Shown piece after piece: positions 43,461-53,590 of a DNA stretch of 64,000 nt. Position 1 is the first letter of the stretch. Each line of letters begins with the position of its first letter. The DNA comes from an uncultured Chloroflexia bacterium. GTDB taxonomy: Bacteria > Chloroflexota > Limnocylindria > Limnocylindrales > CSP1-4. The notes under the pieces were generated by a model. It was not told the origin of the DNA. It was given only the letters and a program-made list of their open reading frames with translations, and did no database searches. Location: positions 736,001 to 800,000 of the forward strand of contig CAWHXD010000008.1 of NCBI GenBank assembly GCA_963833225.1, in the 5' to 3' direction. The translations under genes and the position numbers were made by a program.

Positions 43461-44587
43461 GCACCCTCGAGTATCGGCTCTCGAGCATCCTCCTCCGGCT
43501 CCTGGGCCGGCTCTTCGATCGCCTTCCGGGCCGGCCGCGGCGCGTCGTCCTCGCGACCGCTCGCCTCGACCACCTCGAGGGGAACCTGCTCGCCATCCAC
43601 GACGCGATCCGCCGGCTGCGCCCGGACACCGAGATCGTGCTGCTGCTGGAGCCCTACGGGTACGGGCTGGCCGCCAAGCTCCGCTACCTGTTGCGAACGA
43701 TCCGCGGCACCTACCACGTGCGGACCGCGGGGCTGGTGGTCGTCGACAACGCCTACCTGCCCATCCACGTCGCGCCGCACCCGCCGCGGACCACCGTCGT
43801 CCAGGTCTGGCACGCGGCAGGGGCGCTCAAGCGCTTTGGGATGGACACCGTGGTCCCGCCGGCCGAGCCGGAGCGCACCTTCCTCCACCGCCACTACGAC
43901 TTCGTGGTGGCATCCGGCGAGCGCAGCCGCGCGCCGTGGTCGCGGGCACTGCGCACGCCGCAGGATCGCGTGCTCACGCTCGGGACGCCGCGCACGGACC
44001 CCCTCCTCGACGGAGCCGCGCTCGCCGACGCCAGGGCCCGGATCGTGGCTGCGCACCCGGAGCTCGCCGGGCGACGCGTCGTCCTCTGGGCGCCGACGTT
44101 CCGCGGACGGGGACGGGCCCGCACGGGGGCGATGGGTCTCGACGGCGTGCGTCTGCGCGAGCGGCTGCCGGCCGATGACTGGGTGCTCACGATGAAGACG
44201 CATCCCAATGTCGACCCCGCCGTCCAGCCGACCGCGGGCTTCGACGTCGTGGGTCGCCCGGCCGAGGATCTCAACGACTGGCTGGCCGCGGCCGACGTGC
44301 TGCTCACCGACTACAGCTCGGCGGTCTTCGAATGGGCCCTGCTGCGCCGGCCCCTGGTCCTGCTGGTGAACGACCTCGAGGCCTACGAGCAGGACCCCGG
44401 GCTGTACCTGGACTACCGGACCGACCTCGTGGGGACCCAGGTGCGGGACACGGACGCGGCCGCGGCCGCGATCCTCGGTGGGGCCGTCGACAGCGCGGCC
44501 TGGGATGCGTTCATCGCGGCCAACGTGGGTGCCTGCGACGGGCACGCGGCCGAACGATTCGTCGAGCGGTTCCTGCCGCCCCTGTGA
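43457..44587 (+). CDS. CDP-glycerol/ribitol phosphotransferase (TagB family)
   Basis: QVWHAAGALKRFG, GTPRTD, LWAPTFRG, KTHP, LTDYSSAVFE. TTG start overlaps the upstream stop. Confidence 0.9.
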   Translation: MSTLEYRLSSILLRLLGRLFDRLPGRPRRVVLATARLDHLEGNLLAIHDAIRRLRPDTEIVLLLEPYGYGLAAKLRYLLRTIRGTYHVRTAGLVVVDNAYLPIHVAPHPPRTTVVQVWHAAGALKRFGMDTVVPPAEPERTFLHRHYDFVVASGERSRAPWSRALRTPQDRVLTLGTPRTDPLLDGAALADARARIVAAHPELAGRRVVLWAPTFRGRGRARTGAMGLDGVRLRERLPADDWVLTMKTHPNVDPAVQPTAGFDVVGRPAEDLNDWLAAADVLLTDYSSAVFEWALLRRPLVLLVNDLEAYEQDPGLYLDYRTDLVGTQVRDTDAAAAAILGGAVDSAAWDAFIAANVGACDGHAAERFVERFLPPL

Positions 44588-44642
44588 GCGGGCCCCGGCT
44601 GCCGCGCTCCACGGGCGTGCGCTCTCAGGCACACTCTGGGTC

Positions 44643-45598
44643 ATGACTACCCGGATCATCCTTGACGTCGACACCGGCACCGACGACGCGGTCGCCCTGA
44701 TGACCGCAGCCCTGTCCCCTGACATCGACCTCGTGGGCGCGACGGTCGTGAATGGCAACACCGTGCTTGACTCGTGCGTGGAGAACACCCTCCGCGTGTT
44801 CGAGTGGATCGGCATGCCGGAGGTCCCGGTGTTCCGGGGCATGTCGCGGCCACTGGCCCGGCCCCAGGCGACCCAGCCCAACCCGGCGGGCCTGATCCAC
44901 GGCGACAAGCTTGACCTGCCCGAGGCAACCATCCGCCCGCAGGCGCAGCACGCCGTCGACTGGCTGATCGACACCTATCTCGCGTCGGACGGGGACATCA
45001 CCCTCGTTCCCGTTGGCCCGCTCACGAACATCGCCACGGCGATCCAGAAGGAGCCCGGATCCTCGAGAAGATCCCGGAGATCGTGATCATGGGCGGCGCC
45101 CACGATCACGGGAACGCGACGGCGTCGGCCGAGTTCAACATCTGGCTTGATCCCGATGCGGCACGGATCGTGGTCAACTGCGGGCGGCCGATCCGGATGC
45201 TGCCCCTCGACGCGACCCATCGGGCGCTGGTCTCGCTCGAGGACGCCGGCCGGCTGCGCGCCCTGGGCACCCCGGCCGGCGAGGCCGCATACCGGTTCAT
45301 CAGCAAGCGGATCGAGGGCTACGACGCGACCCAGCCGATGCCCCACCGGGCGGGCGCCGCGCCCGTGCACGACGCGCTGGCGGTATGCGCGGTCATCGAC
45401 CCGTCGGTGATCACGACCCACCACATTCCGGTGGACGTGGAGACCGGCGGTGAGCTGTCGGTGGGCCGGACGGTCTGCGACTTCCGCTTCCGGTCCGGCA
45501 AGCCTGCCAACATCCGGTTCGCGATGGACGCGGACGAGCCGAAGTTCGTCGCGATGCTGACCGACATCCTGGGGCGGACCGCCGACAGCAGCCGCTAG
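44643..45598 (+). CDS. inosine/uridine-preferring nucleoside hydrolase; apparent 1-nt deletion near 45056
   Basis: DVDTGTDDA and VGPLTNIA, then IMGGA, AEFNIWLDPDAA and VHDALA in the next frame. Confidence 0.9.
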
Positions 45599-45620
45599 AC
45601 CGGACCGGCGACGGCGCGGG

Positions 45621-46460
45621 TCACCCGGTCCCCGGCCCGCGCGATTCGGCCGGCTCCCCAACCGCGCCGCGGGATCGCAGGCGGGCGCGCGTCGGTGCGT
45701 GGAGGACGAGATACCAGGTCGCGAGGACGCCGCTGACGATGACGACCGCCGTGTACACGACGAGGTTGGGCAGCAGCCCCGGGTCGATCTGGGGCAGGCG
45801 GACCAGGAACGGGACGACGAGCACGATGTCGTAGGCGAGGAACCCCGCGAGCTGCCCGCCGCCGTTCTCCCAGCGCCGGTCCACCAGCCCGTAGGCGAAG
45901 TACAGCGCGGCGCCGAGGAACATGCACCCGAACAGGGTTGACAGCTCCGGCGTGATCGCCCAGGGCAGGATGCCCGGCGCCTGGAGGACGAGCGCCAGGC
46001 CGACCGGCACCAGGGCGGCCGTGAACACCACGAAGGCGATGGCCACTGCCCTCGGCAGCGGCCGCGGATCGCGCCACGGGTGCCGAAGGGACCAGCGCAG
46101 CAGCCACAGCCCGAACAGGATCGCCACCACGCAGCTGGCGGCGAAAGCGGCGACGGCGGGGGCCCGGTCCGGCGCGGCCGAGAGGGCCGAGGCGAACGCC
46201 ACGATCGCGAACGGGACGAAGATCCCGGTGTAGTCGAGCGCGATGCCGGCGACCGCCCGCTCCGAGCCCTCCGCGAGACACCAGGCCGTGGACGCCGCCG
46301 CCGCGAGGAAGATCGATCCGATGAAGATGTTCGAGAGCGGCGTCCGGCCGTCGAAGGGGAACAGGGCGGTTGCCGCGGGCACGTTGAACGCGAACAGGAC
46401 CCCCACGACCGCCTGCACGGTCGCGATCACTGCCAAAAGGATGCCGACCGGTCCTCTCAT
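45621..46460 (-). CDS. multi-pass membrane protein of unknown function
   Basis: 279-aa ORF with about 8 hydrophobic segments and internal duplication (FPFDGRTPLSNIFIGSIFL / LPWAITPELSTLFGCMFL). Confidence 0.75.
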   Translation of the reverse strand: MRGPVGILLAVIATVQAVVGVLFAFNVPAATALFPFDGRTPLSNIFIGSIFLAAAASTAWCLAEGSERAVAGIALDYTGIFVPFAIVAFASALSAAPDRAPAVAAFAASCVVAILFGLWLLRWSLRHPWRDPRPLPRAVAIAFVVFTAALVPVGLALVLQAPGILPWAITPELSTLFGCMFLGAALYFAYGLVDRRWENGGGQLAGFLAYDIVLVVPFLVRLPQIDPGLLPNLVVYTAVVIVSGVLATWYLVLHAPTRARLRSRGAVGEPAESRGPGTG

Positions 46461-46571
46461 CCTCTGCCTCCCCGCGGCCTCCGGTGGCGGGCCTGATGCG
46501 CCGGGCCCCTACCCTACAGGTGTGCCCCAGCCCGGGCAATGCCCCGAAGGGCAGATCGGCCGGAGGCGGGT

Positions 46572-47982
46572 CTACGGGCCGAGGTGGTACCCCATCCGGC
46601 GCGGCAGCCTGGCCACGAAGTCCGTCACCGGATCCACGCGGCCCGTGCCGTCGAGGGCGTTGTCGCGACGGACCGTGGCGGCATTCACGATCGCCGCCCC
46701 GACGCTCCGGAACGGCTGCGGTGGGAAGCGGCGCGGCTCCATGTCCACGATCGGCAGGCGGGTGTCTGCCGTCTCGCGGCCGAGCACCTTGGCCGCCAGC
46801 ACCTTGCCCATCAGGTGGGCCGGCCCCACGCCATTGCCTGTGTAGCCAAGCGCGTAGTGGACCCGGCCGCCCTGGAGGGTTCCGGCGAACGGGATGTGCG
46901 GTCGCCGCGACGTCGATCGGACCGCCCCAGCGCGCCTCGATGGGCACGTCGCGGAACCGGGGGAAGAAGCGGTGGATCGCGTCGATCGCCCGTTGGGTGC
47001 CCGCGGCGTCGTCGTCGAACTGGGGGCCGATCGACCCGTCCCACGTTCCCCGCTCCCCACCGACGCCGAGGGCGATCCGCCCGTCCGGCGTCGTGCGCAG
47101 GTAGCGCAGGGCCGCGCGGTAGTCGTAGATGGAGACGCCGGTCGTCCAGCCGATCTCCGCGAGCAGCTCGGGGGCTGGGGCGGTGATCGCCATGTACGAG
47201 GCTCGAGGGACGATGGACGACCCGAACCGCTTCGTCGTGCCGGCCCAGGCGTTGATCGCGAGGACCACGTGGCCGGCCCGGACGCTGCCCCCTGGCGTGA
47301 TCACGGCGAGACGCTCGTCGGGCCGCAGCCGGGTGACGGGTGTGTGCTCGTGGATCCTCACCCCGGCGTCCATGGCCACCCGCCGAAGACCCCGGGCGAG
47401 GCGGGCCGGCTGGACCGTCCCACCGTCCGCGACGAGATGGCCCCCCTCGAACACGGGCGAGTCGCAATACCCGCGGAGCTCGTCCTTCGAGAGGAAGCGG
47501 TAGTGATCCTCGATGCCCAGCTCGCGGGCGGTCTGGAGTGGCTCGTGCCAGCCGCCGACCTGGGCCGGTGATGAGGCCACACCGATGAAGCCGTCCTGCC
47601 GGAACCAAGCGTCCACGCCCTGCCCGTCCATCCACGCTGCCAGCTCCGCGATGGTCCTGGCGCCGGCATCGATGACCGCGAGCGCACCGTCCGGTCCGAA
47701 CAGCGTACGCAGGGTGCCGGCGTGATCGTAGAACCCGTTGATGAACCCACCGTTACGGCCCGATGGGCCGAATCCGCATTCGTCGCGCTCGAGCACGACC
47801 ACGCGGATCCCGGGGCTCTGCCGCACCAGCTGCCAGGCCGCCCACAGTCCCGTGTAGCCACCTCCGATCACGGCGACGTCCGCGTCGATGTCCCGATCCA
47901 GGGCGGGCGCCGGATCGCCGCGGAACTCCGGGTGGGCGAGCGCCTCGCCGAGCCACCAGCAGGATTGGGCGATGTCGGTCAT
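46572..47982 (-). CDS. FAD-dependent oxidoreductase (DAO/PuuB-like); apparent frameshift near 46900
   Basis: VIGGGYTGLW, GPSGRNGG, VQPARLARGL and WGGPID, then GYTGNGVGP in ORF 46572..47060. Confidence 0.88.
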
Positions 47983-48157
47983 GTCCCAATGGTGCCGCAG
48001 CCCGGCCCTGTCGGCGCCGGGATCGCGCTGCGCGGGACCGGGTCGGCTGACCCGACCTGGGCCTCGCCCGTTCGGGCCGGATGGCCGCAGGCGGCGGCGC
48101 CGAGCGAGGAGTAGGGTTGCCGCGAGGGCCGTGGAGCCGCGCGGCAAGGAGGTGACC

Positions 48158-49133
48158 GTGACCACGCTGCATCAGGATCCCGCCGCGACGGGGACCGGGG
48201 GCGAAACCGAGCGGCGAGTCGTGACCATCTCGGGCCGCGACCAGCTGGACCCCAGCGAGCCCTGGGAGACACCGGCGACCGAGGCTGACATCAAGGAGCT
48301 CTCGACGCGCCGGTTCGAGCGCCTTCCCCACCGCCCCATGAACAGCAGCGAGGTGCCGGCGGGTGCCCTCGACGCCCTGCGACCGGTGGTCGGCGATGTC
48401 GGCCTCCACCAGCTGTTCGTGATCCCGCGGGCCGCGCGCGTGGCGGGGACGGACCGGGCGGCCTGGGTGCTGAGCCCGACAGAGGTCCTGGCCGTGGGCG
48501 CGGACCGGCTGGCGGTCTGGCTCAACGATCCGGCCGGGGCCCGGATCCGGGCGAACCTGCCGATCAGCGAGATCGTGGCGGTGCTCGATCGGACGGTTCT
48601 GCTCCACGGCCGGCTCGAGCTCGTGAGCCGCGATACGTCGATCGTCATCCGCTACAACACCGTTGGCCGGCCCGAGATTTCGCGCCCTGCTCGGACCGAT
48701 CCGGGCGGCGGCGGTGCCCGCGGAGACCCCGCTGCCAACGGACACCGGCAGTGACCCGGTCACCCTCCCGCACAAATGGATGGCCCTGGTCCGGTCGACG
48801 GAGGTCTCGGAGGATCACACTGCGGCCATGGTCGTCGCGGCGGGTGACCTGACCAACCGGGCGCCGCTCCTGCACAACGGGGTCGCGGTGCTGACGGCCC
48901 GGGAGCTCGTGGTCGCCACCGACCCGACGCCAGACGTCCACATGGCGCCGTACGGGTTCGACCTGACGGTCGTGTCCCGGTCGCGATTGCTGGGCCTCGA
49001 CGGCGCCGGATCGACGCTGGTGATCACGGCCGACGCCGCACCCGGCCGGGTGGAGCTGCGGATCGCGGCCCACGCGTCGCTCGTGGCCGAGGCCGTCGAG
49101 CTGCTGGGGCCGCTGGTTGCCGCCAGGTCCTGA
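48158..49133 (+). CDS. hypothetical protein, possibly two PH-like beta domains; apparent frameshift near 48680
   Basis: AAGGAGG RBS before GTG. ORFs 47888..48754 and 48663..49133 join if one T is removed. Confidence 0.6.
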
Positions 49134-49195
49134 CGTCCGGCCCGCACGGAACGGCATTCCGGCGGCCGCGCGCCGCGCCACGACCTGGCGGAGGC

Positions 49196-50317
49196 TCAGC
49201 CGCCGTCGGCCACGATCTCCGTAACGGCCACGCGGCGGCCCTCCCGGGCGCTCCGATCCGCGGCCGCGAGCACGCGCTGCACGGCGAGCCCGTCGGCGAA
49301 GTCAGGGGTGGTCCTCCGGCCGGCCGCAATCGAGCTGACGAACGCCCGGGTCATGCTGTCCTGGGTGCGGAAGACGTCGCGATAGGTGTTGTGCACCGTG
49401 TCCCGGCGGGCCCCGTTGAAGATCCGGTCCGGGATCGGCATCTCGTGCGGCGCGGCTTCGTCCGCACGGCAGCCGTCCAGGCGCTGCACGGTCAGCCAGT
49501 CGCACACCGTGCGCAGGGTCCCCTCGCTGCCATGGAGGTCCATCTCGTGTCGCTGGCCGAACGGCCCGGGCTCGTGGGCCAGCGAGGTCATGTGGAGCGA
49601 GCCGGTCGCGCCGTTCTCGAACTCGAGGAGCATGAGCGCGGCGTCCTCGGCGACCTCGTACGGCGCCCCGTCGGGGCGCGGGCCGCGCGGGACGAGGTGG
49701 CTGTACACCGCGGTGACCGCGGCGATGTCCCCGAAGTACCAGCGCGCCATGTCCACCCAGTGTGACCCGAGATCGCCCGAGATCCCCGACCCCGCTTCGC
49801 CCACGTCGAACCGCCAGGCATAGGCGCCCGAACGCCCGAACCCGGTGTAGTAGCGGAGATTGAGGTGATACGGCTGCCCGAGCCACCCCTCGTCGAGCAG
49901 CTCCTTCAGGTACCGGTTGACCGGCATGAACCGGTACGTGAACGGGACCATCGTGGTGACCCCGGCCCGCTCCGCGGCCTCCGTGAGCAGGCGGGCCTCC
50001 CGCGCGGTCATCCCGAGCGGCTTCTCGCACAGCACGTGGAGGCCGCGCTCAAGGCCGGCCATCGCGCACTCGAAGTGGGCCTTGTTGGGCGTCAGGACCA
50101 GCAGGGCGTCGAGGGGCTCGGCATCGAGCAGCTCCTCGAGCGTGTCGTACGCGTGAGGAATCCCCCAGCGCGTCGCAAACTCGCGGGTGTGCTCGGTCCG
50201 GCGGCCGCCCGCGATGCCCCGGATGTCCGCCTGCGGGTGGTCCGCGATGGCAGGCAGGTACATCGCGTCGGCCCACCAGCTGGTGCCGGCGATCCCGATC
50301 CGCACCTTGTCGCTCAT
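49196..50317 (-). CDS. Gfo/Idh/MocA family oxidoreductase
   Basis: HVLCEKPLG and GDLGSHWVD motifs; last gene of the inositol cluster. Confidence 0.9.
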   Translation of the reverse strand: MSDKVRIGIAGTSWWADAMYLPAIADHPQADIRGIAGGRRTEHTREFATRWGIPHAYDTLEELLDAEPLDALLVLTPNKAHFECAMAGLERGLHVLCEKPLGMTAREARLLTEAAERAGVTTMVPFTYRFMPVNRYLKELLDEGWLGQPYHLNLRYYTGFGRSGAYAWRFDVGEAGSGISGDLGSHWVDMARWYFGDIAAVTAVYSHLVPRGPRPDGAPYEVAEDAALMLLEFENGATGSLHMTSLAHEPGPFGQRHEMDLHGSEGTLRTVCDWLTVQRLDGCRADEAAPHEMPIPDRIFNGARRDTVHNTYRDVFRTQDSMTRAFVSSIAAGRRTTPDFADGLAVQRVLAAADRSAREGRRVAVTEIVADGG

Positions 50318-50357
50318 GGCGCCCCTCCCAGGGTGGCACCCGACGTGGGCACCCGAC

Positions 50358-51257
50358 TCAGATCCCGATCGACCGCAGGTACTCGCGGTTGCGACGGGCG
50401 CTCTCCCTGGGGTTGCCCATTCCCGGCAGGATGTCCTGCTCCACCACGATCCAGCCGCCGTAGCCGATCCCATGCAGGGCCGCAAGCACGCCCGGGAAGT
50501 CCACGCAGCCCTTGCCCAGCTCACAGAACACGCCATGCCCGGTGGCCGTGAGGCCGTCCCACTCCTGGCGGCGGGACTCCTCGATCACGGCCGGGTCCGC
50601 GTCCTTGAAGTGGACGTGCCAGATGCGGTCGCCGAACTCCGCGACGGCATCGACCGGGTTCTCGCCGGTGCCGAACCGCCAGTGCCCGGTATCGAGGCAG
50701 ATCCCCAGGACGTCCGGATCGGTCATGGCCATCAGCCGACGCATCTCCGCACCGGTCTCGATGAGGGTGCCCATGTGCTGGTGCACCACCGTGCGAACCC
50801 CGGCCTCGTCCCGCACCCGGCGGGCGAGACGGTTGGCGGCTGCCGCGTAGACCTCCCAGCCCTCGTCCGAGAGGCCCATCTCGGGGGTGATCCGGCCGGC
50901 GTTCCTGCCCCGGACGGGGTCACCGTAGGGGTCGTTGCCGAGCACGATCATGGTGTTCGGCCCGCCGACCGCAGCGAGCAGCTTGCCGATCCTGACGGCG
51001 TCCTCTTCGCCCTGCGCATGGCGTGCCGGATCCTGGAGCCAGGGGGTGGCGAACGAGGCGAGCATCTCGAGACCGCGGGCATCCAGCTCGGCCCGGAGGG
51101 CATCGGGGTCAGTGGGCATGAACCCCCAGTCCCCGAGCTCGGTGCCGGCGTACCCGGTTTCGGCCATCTCGTCGAGGACCTGGCGGTAGCCGCCGGTCTC
51201 GCCCTCGACGTTCTCGATGACGCCCCACGAGCAGGGCGCGTTGGCGACGCGGATCAT
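50358..51257 (-). CDS. iolE: inosose dehydratase-like TIM-barrel protein
   Basis: [47 protein letters not shown]. Confidence 0.8.
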   Translation of the reverse strand: MIRVANAPCSWGVIENVEGETGGYRQVLDEMAETGYAGTELGDWGFMPTDPDALRAELDARGLEMLASFATPWLQDPARHAQGEEDAVRIGKLLAAVGGPNTMIVLGNDPYGDPVRGRNAGRITPEMGLSDEGWEVYAAAANRLARRVRDEAGVRTVVHQHMGTLIETGAEMRRLMAMTDPDVLGICLDTGHWRFGTGENPVDAVAEFGDRIWHVHFKDADPAVIEESRRQEWDGLTATGHGVFCELGKGCVDFPGVLAALHGIGYGGWIVVEQDILPGMGNPRESARRNREYLRSIGI

Positions 51258-51349
51258 GTGTTGCGGCTCCTTGGGACGCCATGGGCGGCCCGGCAGGCAG
51301 CGGCCGCCGGGCGTGGTGAGGAAGGTGCGTCAGGGGTGAGGAAGGCGCG

Positions 51350-52381
51350 TCAGGCGGTGACCTCGTCGAGACGGACGGGCCGGTTCTCCCGCCAGCTGCG
51401 AGTGCAGGCGACGGCGAGACGCAGGGTCTCGTAGGCGTCGTCGGGTCCGGGACCCACGGGGCGGCCGGCGCCGAGATCCTCGAAGAAGACCTCGAGCTCG
51501 CGCCGGTAGGCCACCTCGAACCGGTCCATGAAGTCCGGGTAGAGATCGCCCTCCCAGCCGACGCGCCGGAACTGCGTGGCCGGGGTCATCTGCCCGCCGT
51601 CCACGACCACCTTGGCCACCGATCCGGCGACCTCGGCGCGGATGTCGTAGCCCCAGGTCGAGTGCCGGGCCGTCTCGACCACGCCGAGCGCTCCGTTGCG
51701 GAACTTCATCATGATCACCGAGGTGTCCCAGTCGTCCGCCTTGGCGAAGCGCTCGTCGAACAGGACGGACGCCCAGGCGTGGACCTCCTCCACCTCGCCC
51801 ACGAGGAAGCGGGCAACGTCGAGGTCGTGAACGGACATGTCGAGGAACGAGCCGCCGCAGGTGAGCAGGAACTCGAGCGGGGGCGGATTGGTATCCCGGG
51901 ACAGGGCACGGAACTGCTCGATCCGGCCCAGCTCGCCGGCATCGATCATCTGCTTGGCCTTCGCGTAGCCCGGATCGAACCGGCGCATGAAGCCGACCTG
52001 GACGGGGAGCTCCGTCTCGCGCCACAGGTCCACGATCCGCTTGGTGTCGGACAGCTCCTGGGCGATCGGCTTCTCGGTCCAGACCGCCTTGCCCGCCCGC
52101 AGGGCCGCCTCGATATAGGTGGCATGGGTGGTCGTGGGCGTGTTGATGACCACGGCCTCGACGGCGGGGTCGCGGATGGCGTCGAGCGGGTCCTGCGTGG
52201 CCCGCTGCGCGCGGGCGAGATCCATACCGGCCTGGGCGGCCTCGGCATTGGGGTCCGCCACGACCACGACGTTGGCGTTGGGGATCGCGCCGAGGTTGCG
52301 GACGTGGACTCGGCCCATCCGGCCGGCACCGAGGACGGCGACACCGATACGGCTCGGGTCGCGGAGGGCGAACGTGGCCAT
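51350..52381 (-). CDS. iolG: myo-inositol 2-dehydrogenase
   Basis: GAGRMG, EKPIA, QVGFMRRFDPGY, DMSVHDLD, GYDIRAEV. Confidence 0.8.
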   Translation of the reverse strand: MATFALRDPSRIGVAVLGAGRMGRVHVRNLGAIPNANVVVVADPNAEAAQAGMDLARAQRATQDPLDAIRDPAVEAVVINTPTTTHATYIEAALRAGKAVWTEKPIAQELSDTKRIVDLWRETELPVQVGFMRRFDPGYAKAKQMIDAGELGRIEQFRALSRDTNPPPLEFLLTCGGSFLDMSVHDLDVARFLVGEVEEVHAWASVLFDERFAKADDWDTSVIMMKFRNGALGVVETARHSTWGYDIRAEVAGSVAKVVVDGGQMTPATQFRRVGWEGDLYPDFMDRFEVAYRRELEVFFEDLGAGRPVGPGPDDAYETLRLAVACTRSWRENRPVRLDEVTA

Positions 52382-52428
52382 TGGAAAGCTCCTTCGGCGA
52401 GGTCCAGGCTGGGATCGACCGGATCCCA

Positions 52429-52468
52429 TGTAAACGATACCGCGAGTGCGCTGTAAACGATACCGCGA
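52429..52468. promoter_or_regulatory. 17-bp direct repeat TGTAAACGATACCGCGA x2 upstream of iolG (probable operator)
   Basis: Perfect copies at 52429-52445 and 52452-52468. Confidence 0.6.
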
Positions 52469-52491
52469 TGTCACCGACGGCGAGCGGGAGG

Positions 52492-53577
52492 TCAGCGGCC
52501 CGGTGGCCTCCGCCCCGGGTCGGGCAGGATCGCGTCGCGCACGACGGCCTGCAGGTCCGACCAGGCGCTCAGGAACTGGCGCATCGTCCGCCGGGACGCA
52601 CCGTAGGTCTCGAGCTCGGCCGCAGTCAGGCGATCGGGCTCGAAGGCGAGCACGAACTCCGGGCTCCGGGCCTGCAGCTCGTCGAGCATGCGCGCGTCCA
52701 CCGGCTCGTCGATGCGCGACTCGACCGGGAGGCCGGATGCGTTGAGCCAGTGCTGCCAGGCGGGCGGGATGGTGAGGATCGTGTCGCCCCCGAGCAGCTG
52801 CGACCACGGCAGGTGGTGGCGGAACGCGCCCGCGAGCAGCCGGGTCCGGTAGCCGCGCTCGCGATAGATCGCGTAGGCCCGCTTGAACACGGCAACCCCC
52901 GCCCATTCCGCCACGCCCGGCGTGAGCAGCACGTCGTCCCGCTCGGCGGCGGCCTTCACCCAGTCGTCGAGACGGCCCACCATCAGCGTGCAGACCGGCA
53001 CCGGGATGCCGCCGATGCCCGCCGCCTCCCGCCGCGCAAGCCCGCGCTCGACGGCCTCTGCGACCGCGATCGCGCCCGCGACCGTGAAGTTCGCCGTGGC
53101 GTTGACCTCCACGCCCCGGGCCGTCGCCTCCTCGATCGCGACCAGGCCGGCGGCGGTCACCGGCAGCTTGACCTGGAGATTGGGGCCCAGCGAGAACAAC
53201 CGCTCGGCCTGCGCGACCATCGCCTCCGCATCACGGGCGAAACGCGGATCCACCTGGGCCGACAGGCGGCCGCGGCGGCCACCCGTGGCCCCGAAGAGGG
53301 GCAGGAGGTAGGTGGCGCCGCGGGCGGCGACCTCCTCGAGCAGGCGCCACGCGACATCGGTCTCGGTGGCGGCGGGCTGCTCGGCCACCAGTTCGCGAGC
53401 GCGCTGGAGCCAGGTCTCGCCCTCGCCCTTGACCACGCCCAGGACGATCGGCGGGTTGGAGGTGGCGCCGGTGGCGCCGTGCGCGAGGGCGTAGGCGAGG
53501 TCCGCGGCTCCCGCCGAGTCGTTCCAGAACTCCGTGCCGGTCTGTCGCACGCCCTCCGCGAGCAGGCTGGTGTCCAT
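52492..53577 (-). CDS. transaldolase-family protein
   Basis: FWNDS, GATSNPPI, LSAQVDP, Schiff-base VKLP, NATANF and MVGRLDD. Confidence 0.88.
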   Translation of the reverse strand: MDTSLLAEGVRQTGTEFWNDSAGAADLAYALAHGATGATSNPPIVLGVVKGEGETWLQRARELVAEQPAATETDVAWRLLEEVAARGATYLLPLFGATGGRRGRLSAQVDPRFARDAEAMVAQAERLFSLGPNLQVKLPVTAAGLVAIEEATARGVEVNATANFTVAGAIAVAEAVERGLARREAAGIGGIPVPVCTLMVGRLDDWVKAAAERDDVLLTPGVAEWAGVAVFKRAYAIYRERGYRTRLLAGAFRHHLPWSQLLGGDTILTIPPAWQHWLNASGLPVESRIDEPVDARMLDELQARSPEFVLAFEPDRLTAAELETYGASRRTMRQFLSAWSDLQAVVRDAILPDPGRRPPGR

Positions 53578-53590
53578 CGTCGCTCCTCGC

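Noticed and set aside
39849-49133. Calling the frameshifted genes pseudogenes or programmed frameshifts
   Set aside because: Each has one indel with intact motifs on both sides and no slippery heptamer or stimulatory structure was evident; assembly error is more parsimonious.
51314-51354. ~20-bp direct repeat GGTGAGGAAGG(T/C)GCGTCAGG at the iolG 3' end, and a 12-bp duplication GCCTCTCGCTAC at 57251-57274
   Set aside because: Two-copy local duplications overlapping stop codons, with no evidence of function or mobile-element ends.
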